Below are positions 8,157 through 18,166 of a stretch of 64,000 nucleotides of DNA, one piece after another. The notes beneath the pieces are model-generated. The model made no database searches. It was not told the DNA's origin and saw nothing but the letters and a program-made list of their open reading frames with translations. Made by a program: the position numbers and the translations under genes. Position 1 is the stretch's first letter. Each line of letters begins with the position of its first letter. Source of the DNA: an uncultured delta proteobacterium (GTDB lineage Bacteria > Desulfobacterota > Syntrophia > Syntrophales > UBA2185); the NCBI GenBank assembly GCA_963729715.1, contig CAVSPA010000006.1, forward strand, positions 320,001 through 384,000. The letters are read 5' to 3'.

Positions 8157-9650
8157 ATGAGAGAGTGGATGAAAAGATTGGCTCTGCACTATGAGAGAGT
8201 AAAGTATCTGCAGCCGGAAGACAAGCTGATGATCCTTTTCGATATCGATGGCACTATCCTGGATATGCGATGCATGATTTTATATGTTCTCCAATCCTTT
8301 GACTATCACCATGGGACATGCTTCTTTGAAGGTATGAAGAGTAGCGATATTACAATTCATGAAACAGAAGTTAATAAACTTCTCGACGAGCTGGCAATTC
8401 CTATGGATCAGAGGGCCGATATTGTTGATTGGTATGAAAAGAAATTCTGGTCTAATGAGGCGATGCTTGAAGCACACAGGCCTTTCGCAGGCGTGATGGA
8501 GGTCATACGGTGGTTCCAAATGCAGCCGAACACATATGTTGGCCTGAATACAGGCAGACCGGAATATATGAGAATGGACACGCTTCGCTCACTTAACAAA
8601 ATCGGCCAAGAATACAAGGTGGAATTCAGTAACAGCCTGCTCTACATGATGAATCCATATGGATCGGACAGGGAAATTACCACCTCTAAAGTTGCGGGAA
8701 TTCTCCATTTTCAGAAATCAGGTTATCGCATATTTGCCTATATAGACAATGAACCGGAGAATTTAAAGGCTATATCCGAACTTGACCCGCGGAAACAGAT
8801 TCTCCTGCTTCATGCCAATACACTGTTTAAATCGAAGCGCAGGAAATTACCTTCCCACGCCGTGAGCGGAAAACGATACGACCTTACCGAGTTGATTTAT
8901 GAAAGAGCACTTCCGCAACACGTGCAATTTGTCTGGCACGGCGTTAATGACGAAGGAAACCTGAGACAGTTCCTTATCTCAAATATCCGCTGGGCGGAGT
9001 GCGATATTCGTCTGGACCCGAAACGGGAACACATCGTTGTTCGTGACGATTCATTCGAATCTACACCTATTCAGGAAGATGAAGTTCTTCTTCCACTAAA
9101 TGATATCTTGGACGCGTTTAAGGAGTCAAGGAAATCTATCAAACTCGATTTAAAGGAAAATGGGTTTCTCTTGAACAAGACATTGTCGCTCCTCGGAAAT
9201 CATTCTTTCGATGCTGCAGCCCTATGGTTCAACGGAAGGATTGAAGTGCTGAAGGAGGAAGGCTTTTGTAAACTGGCGGAAGCTTACCCTATGTCGATCA
9301 TACAATGCCCTATTGATTATCTTGTCCCCCTTATCTTAAGTGTTCCTAATAAAGCCTTGGCCATTCTTGATATGTTTAAAGATTGGGGGATTAACCGCTT
9401 TTCCATCAGTTGGAATACTACAAACATCAGTCATATCCTTGGTAAATTGGATAAATGGGGCTTTGATGCAAATATCTACAACGTGCCCGACCTGGGATCA
9501 TTTTTGCGAGCCGTCCTCCTCCAGCCAAAGTCAATTACATCAGATTTCAATTTTCCCAAGTGGCAATATTACGGGAGGGGATCGGGGCAGAACCAAAGAC
9601 GGCATGTATATTCGATCGCTAACATCTCTCATGGCCTTTCGTTGTCATAG
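8157..9650 (+). CDS. HAD-superfamily phosphatase fused to a menorin/DUF2181 (PLC-like/GDPD-like phosphodiesterase) domain
   Basis: HAD motifs FDIDGT, NTGR, K, IDNEPEN. C-terminal WHGVN...AECDIR...SIKLDLK...WFNG. ATG 8157 has SD GGAG (the ORF track starts at 8115). Confidence 0.72.
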   Translation: MREWMKRLALHYERVKYLQPEDKLMILFDIDGTILDMRCMILYVLQSFDYHHGTCFFEGMKSSDITIHETEVNKLLDELAIPMDQRADIVDWYEKKFWSNEAMLEAHRPFAGVMEVIRWFQMQPNTYVGLNTGRPEYMRMDTLRSLNKIGQEYKVEFSNSLLYMMNPYGSDREITTSKVAGILHFQKSGYRIFAYIDNEPENLKAISELDPRKQILLLHANTLFKSKRRKLPSHAVSGKRYDLTELIYERALPQHVQFVWHGVNDEGNLRQFLISNIRWAECDIRLDPKREHIVVRDDSFESTPIQEDEVLLPLNDILDAFKESRKSIKLDLKENGFLLNKTLSLLGNHSFDAAALWFNGRIEVLKEEGFCKLAEAYPMSIIQCPIDYLVPLILSVPNKALAILDMFKDWGINRFSISWNTTNISHILGKLDKWGFDANIYNVPDLGSFLRAVLLQPKSITSDFNFPKWQYYGRGSGQNQRRHVYSIANISHGLSLS

Positions 9651-9697
9651 CGGCATGGCGGTTGTTCACATGATAACGTAACGGCCATAAATCTTAA

Positions 9698-11044
9698 ATG
9701 GAAGCAACTAATTTGCCCCATCAAGCGCCTCGTATACCGAAGACCTTTATTCTCGATACCAACATATTGTTGCATAATCCAGAGTCGATCTTCTCATTCG
9801 AGGATAACGACGTAGTTATACCGTCTGCTGTGATCGAGGAGATTGATGACCAGAAAAAGAGACAGGATGAAATCGGCAGGAATGCACGTGTGGTCGCTCA
9901 TGAACTGGACGAATTGAGAAAAATAGGCCATCTTTCGGACGGCGTCGGGCTTCCTTCAGGAGGGAGACTTAGAATTGAGTTGAATCATCAAAAGATGCCG
10001 GATATCCTATTAGGATGGGACCCTCTAAAGAAGGACAACCGCATTCTCTCGCTTGCCTACCATCTGCGTCAAGAAACTGAAGGGGATATTCGTCTAGTCA
10101 CGAAGGATTTGGGACTTCGGATCAAAGCCGATGTTCTGCACATTCCCGCTGAGGATTTTTACAATGATAAGATCGATCACACCCGATTATATGGGGGCGC
10201 CGGAGAGTTAATCGTTACCGAGAATGAGCTGAACACCTTCTATAAGGAAAAGGCATTGATTCTCAACGGAGAACGAAGCGGATTCCCAAACCAGTTCTTC
10301 GTATTGAAGAATTCGGGGAACCCCTCTCAATCGGCATTGTGTCGCTATTTCAAGAAAACCCTATACCACCTTACTTACGGTGAAAATGTTTACTTTGGCA
10401 TCAGAGCCAAGAACAAAGAACAGAAGTTCGCCCTTGAACTGCTGATGAATGACAATATAAAGGTGGTCACTCTTGTTGGCCGGGCAGGCACGGGAAAAAC
10501 TTTGATTGCTCTCGCAACGGGATTGGAAAAAGTCCTTGAGCAGAATGTCTATACAAAGCTCCTCATTACAAGGCCTACCGTCCCGATGGGAAGCGATCTT
10601 GGATATCTGCCGGGCACCAAAGAGGAAAAATTACGTCCCTGGATGCAGCCCATTTTCGATAATCTTGAATTTCTATTCGGGAATAACCAAGAGGCCAAGG
10701 AGCCGCAAAGAATCATAGAACATTTAATGGATATTGGAATCATTGAGATGGAAGCATTAACATATATTCGGGGCAGGAGCATTCCCAAGCAGTTTATTAT
10801 CTGCGACGAAGCGCAAAATCTTACTCCCCATATGATTAAGACCTTGCTCACGCGTGTCGGGGAGGGGACAAAAATAGTTTTCACTGGGGATCTCGAACAG
10901 ATTGACCACCCCTACTTGGATGCCAGCAGTAACGGATTAACCTATGTGACAGAGAAAATGAAAACTGAAGAAATAACCGGTCACGTTATGCTGTCGAAGG
11001 GAGAAAGATCCGCTGTGGCCGAACTCGGGGCAAGACTTCTGTAG
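9698..11044 (+). CDS. PIN-PhoH fusion (PhoH2/YlaK-type RNase-ATPase)
   Basis: PIN LDTN...EEID...DN...TKD; PhoH Walker A GRAGTGKT, LGYLPG..EEK, YIRGRS, DEAQN, TGD..QID. Confidence 0.93.
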   Translation: MEATNLPHQAPRIPKTFILDTNILLHNPESIFSFEDNDVVIPSAVIEEIDDQKKRQDEIGRNARVVAHELDELRKIGHLSDGVGLPSGGRLRIELNHQKMPDILLGWDPLKKDNRILSLAYHLRQETEGDIRLVTKDLGLRIKADVLHIPAEDFYNDKIDHTRLYGGAGELIVTENELNTFYKEKALILNGERSGFPNQFFVLKNSGNPSQSALCRYFKKTLYHLTYGENVYFGIRAKNKEQKFALELLMNDNIKVVTLVGRAGTGKTLIALATGLEKVLEQNVYTKLLITRPTVPMGSDLGYLPGTKEEKLRPWMQPIFDNLEFLFGNNQEAKEPQRIIEHLMDIGIIEMEALTYIRGRSIPKQFIICDEAQNLTPHMIKTLLTRVGEGTKIVFTGDLEQIDHPYLDASSNGLTYVTEKMKTEEITGHVMLSKGERSAVAELGARLL

Positions 11045-11296
11045 ATGTTTTTTTAATAGTGATAAGACTTTCATCAAGAGGTTGGAAATGATAAAATGAA
11101 AGTATAAGAAAGCGGTGAAATTGTAGAGGCGCGGGGAGTTGACACAAGTCCGGAAAAGAAGATTGAACGATTCACAAGTGATTTTCCCACTAGTTGCAGC
11201 AGGGACAAGTGGGCAGAGTTATGTCGCCAAGATGATTTTTTCGAGATTCAATTTTGAAGACAATTGGTCGGCTCGCGTTGTAACGAATTATTAGAT

Positions 11297-12808
11297 ATGT
11301 CTGTCATTTCTGCCATCGATGTCGGGTCAAATGCTATACGGATGGCCATTGCCTCCGTAGAAGAAGAAAAAACACTTCAAATGCTATACTGTTGCCGCGA
11401 ACCAATCCGACTTGGTCAGGATGTGTTCGCCACCGGCATGATCTCAGCCGCTACCGTTCAGCGGTCCATCGAAGCCTTCAAGAGATTCCGTTCCATAATT
11501 GATCGGCATCATGTTGACCGGATCAGAGCGCTCGGAACGAGCGCCCTGCGAGAGTCCCGCAATCGATTAGAAGTCATAAATGAGATTGCCACAGCCTCCG
11601 GTATCGAGGTGACTCCCATCGGTAGTGATGAGGAGGCACGTCTTATAAGCAGAGCGGTTGAATCTAAGGTCAATCTCAAGAATAAAAACGCCGTACTTGT
11701 CGATATAGGCGGAGGCAGCGCTGAAGTCGTAGTTCTTGAAAACGGCCATGTTTCAACTACCGACAGCTTTAGAATGGGAAGCGTTCGCCTTTTGCAAATG
11801 TTCGGCAATCGAAACCAGGGAATAGAAAATTTCATCTCCCTGTCGCGTGACTATCTTAAGCCTACTGGACGTCTCATCAAGAACAGGATTGGCAGAAGTA
11901 AGATCGATCTTTGCATTGGTACAGGCGGTAACGTCGAGGTACTTGGAGAACTGAGAAAACAATTATTGGGTAAACGCAGCAATGAATTCCTGCAGGCCAA
12001 GGAGTTGAAGCAGATTTTGGCTGAATTGCAGGCCCTCAGTTATGAGGATCGCATCGTTCACCTGAAATTACGTCCCGACCGGGCAGATGTTATTTTACCT
12101 GCCGCTGTTGTTCTCGAATATTTACTTAAGCAGTTTGGCATTTCTAAAGTAATGATTCCCCACGTAAGCCTCCAGGAAGGAATCTTGGTAGAATTGGCGG
12201 AAGAAATCGACGGCCCCGATTACATTCATTTACGGAATCAGGTTCTCCAGTCAGTTCGCGTCATCGGACGAAAGTTTGACTTCGATGAAAAGCATGCTGA
12301 GACTGTAGCTGTTTTTGCAGAGCAGCTTTTTGACGCAACCGAACCCCTTCACAGACTCGACAGCAATGACCGACTGATTCTTTCTGCAACAGCCTGGCTT
12401 CACGATATCGGCCAGTTTGTGAATATCACTGATCATCACAAGCATTCTCTCTATATTATTAATGCATCGCCAATAGTGGGCCTGACGCCACCGCAAAAAA
12501 AGATCGTAGCTAACGTAGCTCGTTACCATAACAAATCATTTCCGAAGCTTCGCCATGAAAACTTTATTTCGCTGTCCGAAGCGGATCGGGAACGGGTAAA
12601 GAAACTCTCGGCTATTATTAGACTTGCTGATGCCATTGATTTTGAACATGTGGGTCGAGTCGTCAAACTGACCGCCTCCATGGCTAAGGATTATCTGATC
12701 CTTGAGCTCAACGGGTCGGGTGATCTTTCTTTAACCAAGTGGGCTTTACGAAAGCAATCCGCGTTGTTTCAGGATGTTTTCCACATGTACGTTCAGGTTA
12801 ATTCATGA
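11297..12808 (+). CDS. ppx: Exopolyphosphatase Ppx/GppA with C-terminal HD domain
   Basis: IDVGSNAIR, TSALRE, EEARL, DIGGGSAE, DRADVI, LHDIG...HHKHS...RYH...RLAD. Confidence 0.93.
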   Translation: MSVISAIDVGSNAIRMAIASVEEEKTLQMLYCCREPIRLGQDVFATGMISAATVQRSIEAFKRFRSIIDRHHVDRIRALGTSALRESRNRLEVINEIATASGIEVTPIGSDEEARLISRAVESKVNLKNKNAVLVDIGGGSAEVVVLENGHVSTTDSFRMGSVRLLQMFGNRNQGIENFISLSRDYLKPTGRLIKNRIGRSKIDLCIGTGGNVEVLGELRKQLLGKRSNEFLQAKELKQILAELQALSYEDRIVHLKLRPDRADVILPAAVVLEYLLKQFGISKVMIPHVSLQEGILVELAEEIDGPDYIHLRNQVLQSVRVIGRKFDFDEKHAETVAVFAEQLFDATEPLHRLDSNDRLILSATAWLHDIGQFVNITDHHKHSLYIINASPIVGLTPPQKKIVANVARYHNKSFPKLRHENFISLSEADRERVKKLSAIIRLADAIDFEHVGRVVKLTASMAKDYLILELNGSGDLSLTKWALRKQSALFQDVFHMYVQVNS

Positions 12809-13052
12809 TACGATATTTCCCGGAAACCGGGTGAGGGGGGGGGATAATGTCGATTTTAGCCTCGCATCATCGAGCAATAGGAAGGGTGTGGTTTCAAACA
12901 TGCCCACGAGCCATGATGCAGCGCTGAAAACAAGATTAGCCCTGGAAGTTTCAAGAGAAGACTCTGGCGCAACTTTCCAGTGAGTTTGGGGTTCACGTGT
13001 AAACCAAATTCGGAAATGGCTGCAGACAAAGAAGGCGGAGGAGCGTTCTTAG

Positions 13053-14591
13053 ATGCTTGAACAGGTTGATCTGTCGCTCAAGATACCAAAGAACGAATAC
13101 AATAAGCTTATCGAGCCGCTCGGTTACAGCCTTGTCGAACTTCAGCGACGATGCAGAGAAGCCGGGATTCCCATTGTTGTCGTTTACGAGGGTTGGGATG
13201 CCGCCGGCAAAGGCGGAAGTGTGAACCAGCTTATGCGGTTGATCGACCCGCGAGGTTTCAAGGTCTATGGGATGGAGGCGCCGGTAGAAAGCGAGCGAAT
13301 GAGGCCTCTCCTGTGGCGCTTCGCCATCCGTATGCCTCCGCGCGGTTTCATGGCAATATTCATCCGTTCCTGGTATAGCCGGGTTCTTGTCGAACGCGTC
13401 GAAGAGCTCGTATCCGAAAATGAGTGGCGCAAAGCGTACGGCGACATCAATTCCTTTGAAAGACGACTCGTTGACGACGGGACGGTAATTATAAAGTTTT
13501 GGCTTCATATCAGCACGAGGGAACAGCGCCAACGGTTGAAAGAATTGGAAAAAGATCCGTACGATTCGTGGCGGGCAAAACCTGCTAATTGGGAGAACCA
13601 CAACCAATACAAGTCTTATGTCAAGGCCGTAGAGGAGATGCTCCAGCAGACTTCGAATCCATCCGTCCCGTGGACGATCATCGAGGCCGAGGACAAATAC
13701 TTCGGGAGACTTAAAACCTACGAAACGCTCGCCCGGGTGATGGAGAGTGCGCTGACCGAGAGGGAGCGGTCGGCGAAGGTCAAAAAATCCTACGGTTTCC
13801 ACATTGACCCGAGTGCCTATCGTACCATTGTGCTGAAGAGTGAGCGTTTCCTTAAAAGTTACGACCTCACGAAGAAAATCGAAGACCGCAAGCAATACAA
13901 AGAGCAACTGGGCTCCCTCCAGTTGAAGGCCCGGCAGATTCACAACCGGCTGTTTCTCGGACATACCGCCGCAGTGGTGATTTTCGAGGGGTGGGATGCG
14001 TCGGGGAAGGGCGGCGCGATCAAGCGACTGGTTGCTCAACTCGACACACGGCGCTTCGAAGTTGTTACCACTTTCACCCCTACGAGTGAGGAGCTCGCGC
14101 AGCACTACCTTTGGAGATTCTGGAAGAACATTCCCAAGAAGGGTTTCTTAACCATCTTTGATCGAAGTTGGTACGGTCGGGTTCTCGTGGAACGCGTCGA
14201 AGGGTTATGCCCGACAGATGCTTGGCTGCGGGCTTACAAGGAAATCAATGAATTCGAGAAAATGCTGATAGATGGAAATATCCTCATCGTCAAATTTTGG
14301 CTGCAGATCGACAATGAAGAACAACTCAGAAGATTCAAGACCCGCGAGGATATTCCTTACAAGAACTGGAAGATCACTGAAGAAGACTGGCGGAACCGGG
14401 GAAAGTGGGAGGAGTATGAGATGGCCGTTGCGGATATGATTCAAAAAACATCAACCACCTACGCCCCGTGGACCGTTGTCGCCTCGAACGATAAATACTT
14501 TTCCCGGATCAAGGTGCTAGAAACGTTCATAGAAACAGTTTCCACGAAGCTCAACGGGCAGAAAGCCACAAAAAAAGCCTTGCGAAAATGA
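13053..14591 (+). CDS. pap: Two-domain PPK2, polyphosphate:AMP phosphotransferase (class II)
   Basis: Tandem PPK2 domains: EGWDAAGKG / FIRSWY and EGWDASGKG / FDRSWYGR. Confidence 0.92.
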   Translation: MLEQVDLSLKIPKNEYNKLIEPLGYSLVELQRRCREAGIPIVVVYEGWDAAGKGGSVNQLMRLIDPRGFKVYGMEAPVESERMRPLLWRFAIRMPPRGFMAIFIRSWYSRVLVERVEELVSENEWRKAYGDINSFERRLVDDGTVIIKFWLHISTREQRQRLKELEKDPYDSWRAKPANWENHNQYKSYVKAVEEMLQQTSNPSVPWTIIEAEDKYFGRLKTYETLARVMESALTERERSAKVKKSYGFHIDPSAYRTIVLKSERFLKSYDLTKKIEDRKQYKEQLGSLQLKARQIHNRLFLGHTAAVVIFEGWDASGKGGAIKRLVAQLDTRRFEVVTTFTPTSEELAQHYLWRFWKNIPKKGFLTIFDRSWYGRVLVERVEGLCPTDAWLRAYKEINEFEKMLIDGNILIVKFWLQIDNEEQLRRFKTREDIPYKNWKITEEDWRNRGKWEEYEMAVADMIQKTSTTYAPWTVVASNDKYFSRIKVLETFIETVSTKLNGQKATKKALRK

Positions 14592-14610
14592 ATCCATTCA
14601 GGAGCGAATC

Positions 14611-16818
14611 ATGACAATAGAGAAAAGACTCAAGCCGGGCGAGCAGCAACAGATAGTAAATTTCGAAGACTCCTCCCTATATATCAATCGAGAACTTTCT
14701 TGGTTGGAATTTAATCGCAGGGTGCTAGAGGAGGCTCGAGACCCGCTAACTCCCACCCTGGAAAAACTCAAGTTTGCCTCTATTTTCAGTTCGAACCTCG
14801 ATGAGTATTTCATGGTCCGGGTGGGCGGACTCTTCCGCGTCCTCGAGGCGGGCGTAGATGAAATCGATGCCAGCGGAAGAACCACCCGGCAGCAACTCGA
14901 CGAAATCGCAGAAAAAGTACGTGGTCTCGTTGTCGAACAATACAGGACGATCAGGGACGAAGTGCTGGCGCGACTCCAAAATGCAGGAGTGTACATCCAC
15001 CTAATCGAAGAACTCGATAAGAATGAGATCAGTCGGCTTGATGAATACTTTGAAGCCCAGGTATTCCCCATTCTCACGCCTCTGGCCGTTGACGCTGGAC
15101 ACCCGTTTCCGTATCTCGGAAACCTCAGGATAAATCTAATGGTTGCTTTTAAGGAAGCGAGCGGAATCAAACTTCCGCAAGCCTACGCCTTTGTTGAGGT
15201 TCCTTCCATCCTGCCGAGGCTTGTTACCATAAATAGAGACATGAAGGGATATCACTATGTCCTCCTTGAGGATCTCATCCGCAAAAACATCCAAAAGCTC
15301 TTTCCCGGTATGGATATCAAGAATGTCATTGCCTTCCGCGTGACGCGCAACCACGATTATGATCTCCACGAAGAGGACGTGATGGATCTTCTTAAATCCG
15401 TGGAGGCCGAGATCAAGGATCGCTCGAACAAGATTGCCGTCCGTCTCGAGATTGAGCCTGGCGCTCCCAAGAAGGTCATCAATCTACTCAACCGGCAGCT
15501 GGGCGTGGAGGAACGGTTTGTCTATGAAATCAATGGCCCGATCAATATCCCCGATTTTCTTTCCCTGTACGAACTGCCGCTCGATCCGTCGCATAAAGAT
15601 ACTCCCTTCAATCCCCGGATCCCGTCACAATTTGCCGCCGACAAGGATATATTTACCATCATTCGCGAGGGTGACGTGCTCCTGCACCACCCGTACGATT
15701 CGTTCGCTATGGTCATGGATTTTCTGAACACGGCGGCCGATGACCCGGATGTACTCGCCATCAAGCAGACGCTTTATCGGATCGGAAAGGACTCTCCAGT
15801 CATCGGGGCGCTGCGGCGGGCTGCCGAGAACGGTAAGCAGGTGACGGCGGTCGTGGAACTGAAGGCCCGGTTTGACGAGGAGTATAACATTGATTGGTCG
15901 AGGCACATGGAGGAATCAGGGGTTAACGCCGTCTTTGGTTTCGTTCGCTGGAAGACACACTGCAAAGCGACCCTTGTTGTGCGTCGTGAAGGGAAGCAGC
16001 TGCGGCGCTACGTCCATGTTTCGACCGGCAATTACAACGTGGTGACGGCGAAGATATACACCGATATCGGCCTCTTCACCTGCAATCCTGATTTCGGCAA
16101 CGACGTATCTGCGCTCTTCAACGTTCTTACCGGATTCAACTCCTGGACCGGCGGAGACCTGCTGACCGCCCAAACGGTAGCCTCCATGTTCCGCAAGTTC
16201 ATGATCTCTCCGGTTACAACGCAGGAGACGCTCCTCCGTCTCATCGATCGGGAGATCCAGAAATCCACCGCAAAGAGCCCGGGACGCATCATTGCCAAAA
16301 TGAACGCCCTGATAGATACAAAGGTCATTCGCAAACTATACGAAGCCTCGCGTGCAGGCGTACATATCGATCTGCTGGCGCGGGGGATTTGTTGCCTTCG
16401 CCCGGGGGTACCGGACATCAGCGAGAATATTCGGGTGATCAGTATTCTCGATCGATTTCTCGAGCATTCCCGAATTTACTACTTCCACAATGGAGGTGAT
16501 CCGGAGATTTATTCTGGGAGCGCCGATTGGATGCCGAGGAATTTTAAGAAGCGGGCCGAGATTCTCTATCCGATAGAAAATAAGGAATCCAAGGCCAGAA
16601 TTATCAACGAAATCCTCATGACGTACCTGAGTGACAACGTGAAAGCCCGTTTCCTGCTGTCAGACGGTTCGTACGTTAGACTCAAACCAAAAGATGGAGA
16701 ACGGCTGGTACGCAGTCAAAGTGAGCTTATCGCAATCGCCCGCAAAGGGGGGATAAAATCTCCACCCTACGAGGAGCTGGTTAAGAAGATCGGCAAGAAG
16801 AAGGGCATGAAGCGATAA
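14611..16818 (+). CDS. ppk1: Polyphosphate kinase 1
   Basis: NRELSWLEFN.RVL, SNLDEYFMVRV, HHPYDSF, ELKARFDE, KTHCK, GNYN, RFLEHSR, SADWM.RN. Confidence 0.97.
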   Translation: MTIEKRLKPGEQQQIVNFEDSSLYINRELSWLEFNRRVLEEARDPLTPTLEKLKFASIFSSNLDEYFMVRVGGLFRVLEAGVDEIDASGRTTRQQLDEIAEKVRGLVVEQYRTIRDEVLARLQNAGVYIHLIEELDKNEISRLDEYFEAQVFPILTPLAVDAGHPFPYLGNLRINLMVAFKEASGIKLPQAYAFVEVPSILPRLVTINRDMKGYHYVLLEDLIRKNIQKLFPGMDIKNVIAFRVTRNHDYDLHEEDVMDLLKSVEAEIKDRSNKIAVRLEIEPGAPKKVINLLNRQLGVEERFVYEINGPINIPDFLSLYELPLDPSHKDTPFNPRIPSQFAADKDIFTIIREGDVLLHHPYDSFAMVMDFLNTAADDPDVLAIKQTLYRIGKDSPVIGALRRAAENGKQVTAVVELKARFDEEYNIDWSRHMEESGVNAVFGFVRWKTHCKATLVVRREGKQLRRYVHVSTGNYNVVTAKIYTDIGLFTCNPDFGNDVSALFNVLTGFNSWTGGDLLTAQTVASMFRKFMISPVTTQETLLRLIDREIQKSTAKSPGRIIAKMNALIDTKVIRKLYEASRAGVHIDLLARGICCLRPGVPDISENIRVISILDRFLEHSRIYYFHNGGDPEIYSGSADWMPRNFKKRAEILYPIENKESKARIINEILMTYLSDNVKARFLLSDGSYVRLKPKDGERLVRSQSELIAIARKGGIKSPPYEELVKKIGKKKGMKR

Positions 16819-16841
16819 GGTTAATTTGGGAGCGAAAGAAA

Positions 16842-17438
16842 ATGCGACGTGAAAAAAGCGACGCAACGATGGCATTTGTCGTCGAGACAGCTCACACTTA
16901 CGACCCCGATCCTTCTCACAGCGAACAGGTTACGGCACTCTCACTTGCCCTCTTCGATGGGCTTCACACCCTCCATGGATACAAATCGGGTGAGCGCCGT
17001 CTCCTTGAGATCGCCTCCCGACTGCACGATATCGGCTGGTCAAGGGTTGTCTCGGGAAAGCACCACAAGTTTAGCAGCGAAATGATCCGGGAACTCGATA
17101 TTCCCGATCTTGACAACGAGGAGCGACTTGTGTGCGCGCTCATTGCCCGGTACCATACAAAGGCTCTTCCTGATCCATCCAGGCATGGTCGGTTCGCGTC
17201 ACTCGATCCGGATAAACGTAAGCTTGTTGAGTGGCTCGCGGGGATTCTTCGTGTCGCAGATGGTCTCGACTGCAACCATACGAGCCCCATCAAACGGTTA
17301 TCATGCACAGTCGGCGATGAAACGGTAACCATTCAACTTGAATGCTCGGATGGCTGCCGCTTGGAAGTTGAAAGAGCCCGTCAAAAGCAGGAGCTGCTTT
17401 TGACAAAAGCGGACAGAAAGATCGTATACCGATGCTGA
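16842..17438 (+). CDS. Stand-alone HD-domain protein resembling the Ppx C-terminal domain
   Basis: H..QV..L...LFD.L...H, LHDIG, HHK.S, ARYH.K..P, RVADGLD; parallels the C-terminus of Ppx at 11297-12808. Confidence 0.85.
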   Translation: MRREKSDATMAFVVETAHTYDPDPSHSEQVTALSLALFDGLHTLHGYKSGERRLLEIASRLHDIGWSRVVSGKHHKFSSEMIRELDIPDLDNEERLVCALIARYHTKALPDPSRHGRFASLDPDKRKLVEWLAGILRVADGLDCNHTSPIKRLSCTVGDETVTIQLECSDGCRLEVERARQKQELLLTKADRKIVYRC

Positions 17439-18166
17439 TTGCATTCATTTCCGATGTACATGGAAACATGCCTGCACTGGAGGCGGCGGTTGCCGATGCA
17501 ACGGCGCATGGCGTCGCTAGGATTATCTGTGCCGGCGATATAACGGGATACGGTCCTTTTCCGGAAGATGTCTGCCGTTTCCTCAGGAATCGGCGCATCC
17601 CCACGATAATCGGCAACTATGATCAAAAAGTGATCGATATGGTGAAGCAGGGCAAGTCCGCTGCCGAAGGAATGAAACCGAAAAAGAAAAAAATCCTTCA
17701 ATGGACCGTAGAAAATATCAGCCGTGAGACAGTACGCTATCTTTCCGGTTTGCCGGATCGCCTGAACCTGAAGCTTGCCGAAGGGCAGAGGCTCCTTGTC
17801 GTGCATGGCAGCCCCCTTTCAATTGACGACGCGATTTATCCGAGCATCACAAGGAGGGGACTGGAGGCAAAGCTTGGAGATGCACGTCCGGACATACTCG
17901 TTTGCGGGCATACGCATATCCCGTTTGTAAAACATATTCATCGAGTCCTTGTTGTAAATTGCAGCTCGACAGGACATCCGATTGACGGCGACCCGCGCCT
18001 CTCCTATGCGCTCGTAAACGCCAAACCCGGCGCCCTGCCGCGGGGACGTATCGTAAGGTTAGAGTATGACAGGGATAGGACAATCGAGGCGCTTGGCAAA
18101 ACCAGCATGCCGAAGGGACTGCAAAAGGATTTTGCAGAAGGAAATAAGAGGAGATTCCTGCAATGA
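17432..18166 (+). CDS. Calcineurin-like metallophosphoesterase (YfcE-like)
   Basis: SDVHGN, GD..GYGP, GNYD, HGSP, GHTH motifs; overlaps the upstream gene. Confidence 0.9.
   Translation: MLIAFISDVHGNMPALEAAVADATAHGVARIICAGDITGYGPFPEDVCRFLRNRRIPTIIGNYDQKVIDMVKQGKSAAEGMKPKKKKILQWTVENISRETVRYLSGLPDRLNLKLAEGQRLLVVHGSPLSIDDAIYPSITRRGLEAKLGDARPDILVCGHTHIPFVKHIHRVLVVNCSSTGHPIDGDPRLSYALVNAKPGALPRGRIVRLEYDRDRTIEALGKTSMPKGLQKDFAEGNKRRFLQ

Noticed and set aside
12993..14105. 370-aa minus-strand ORF
   Set aside because: Antisense shadow of pap; no recognisable motifs.
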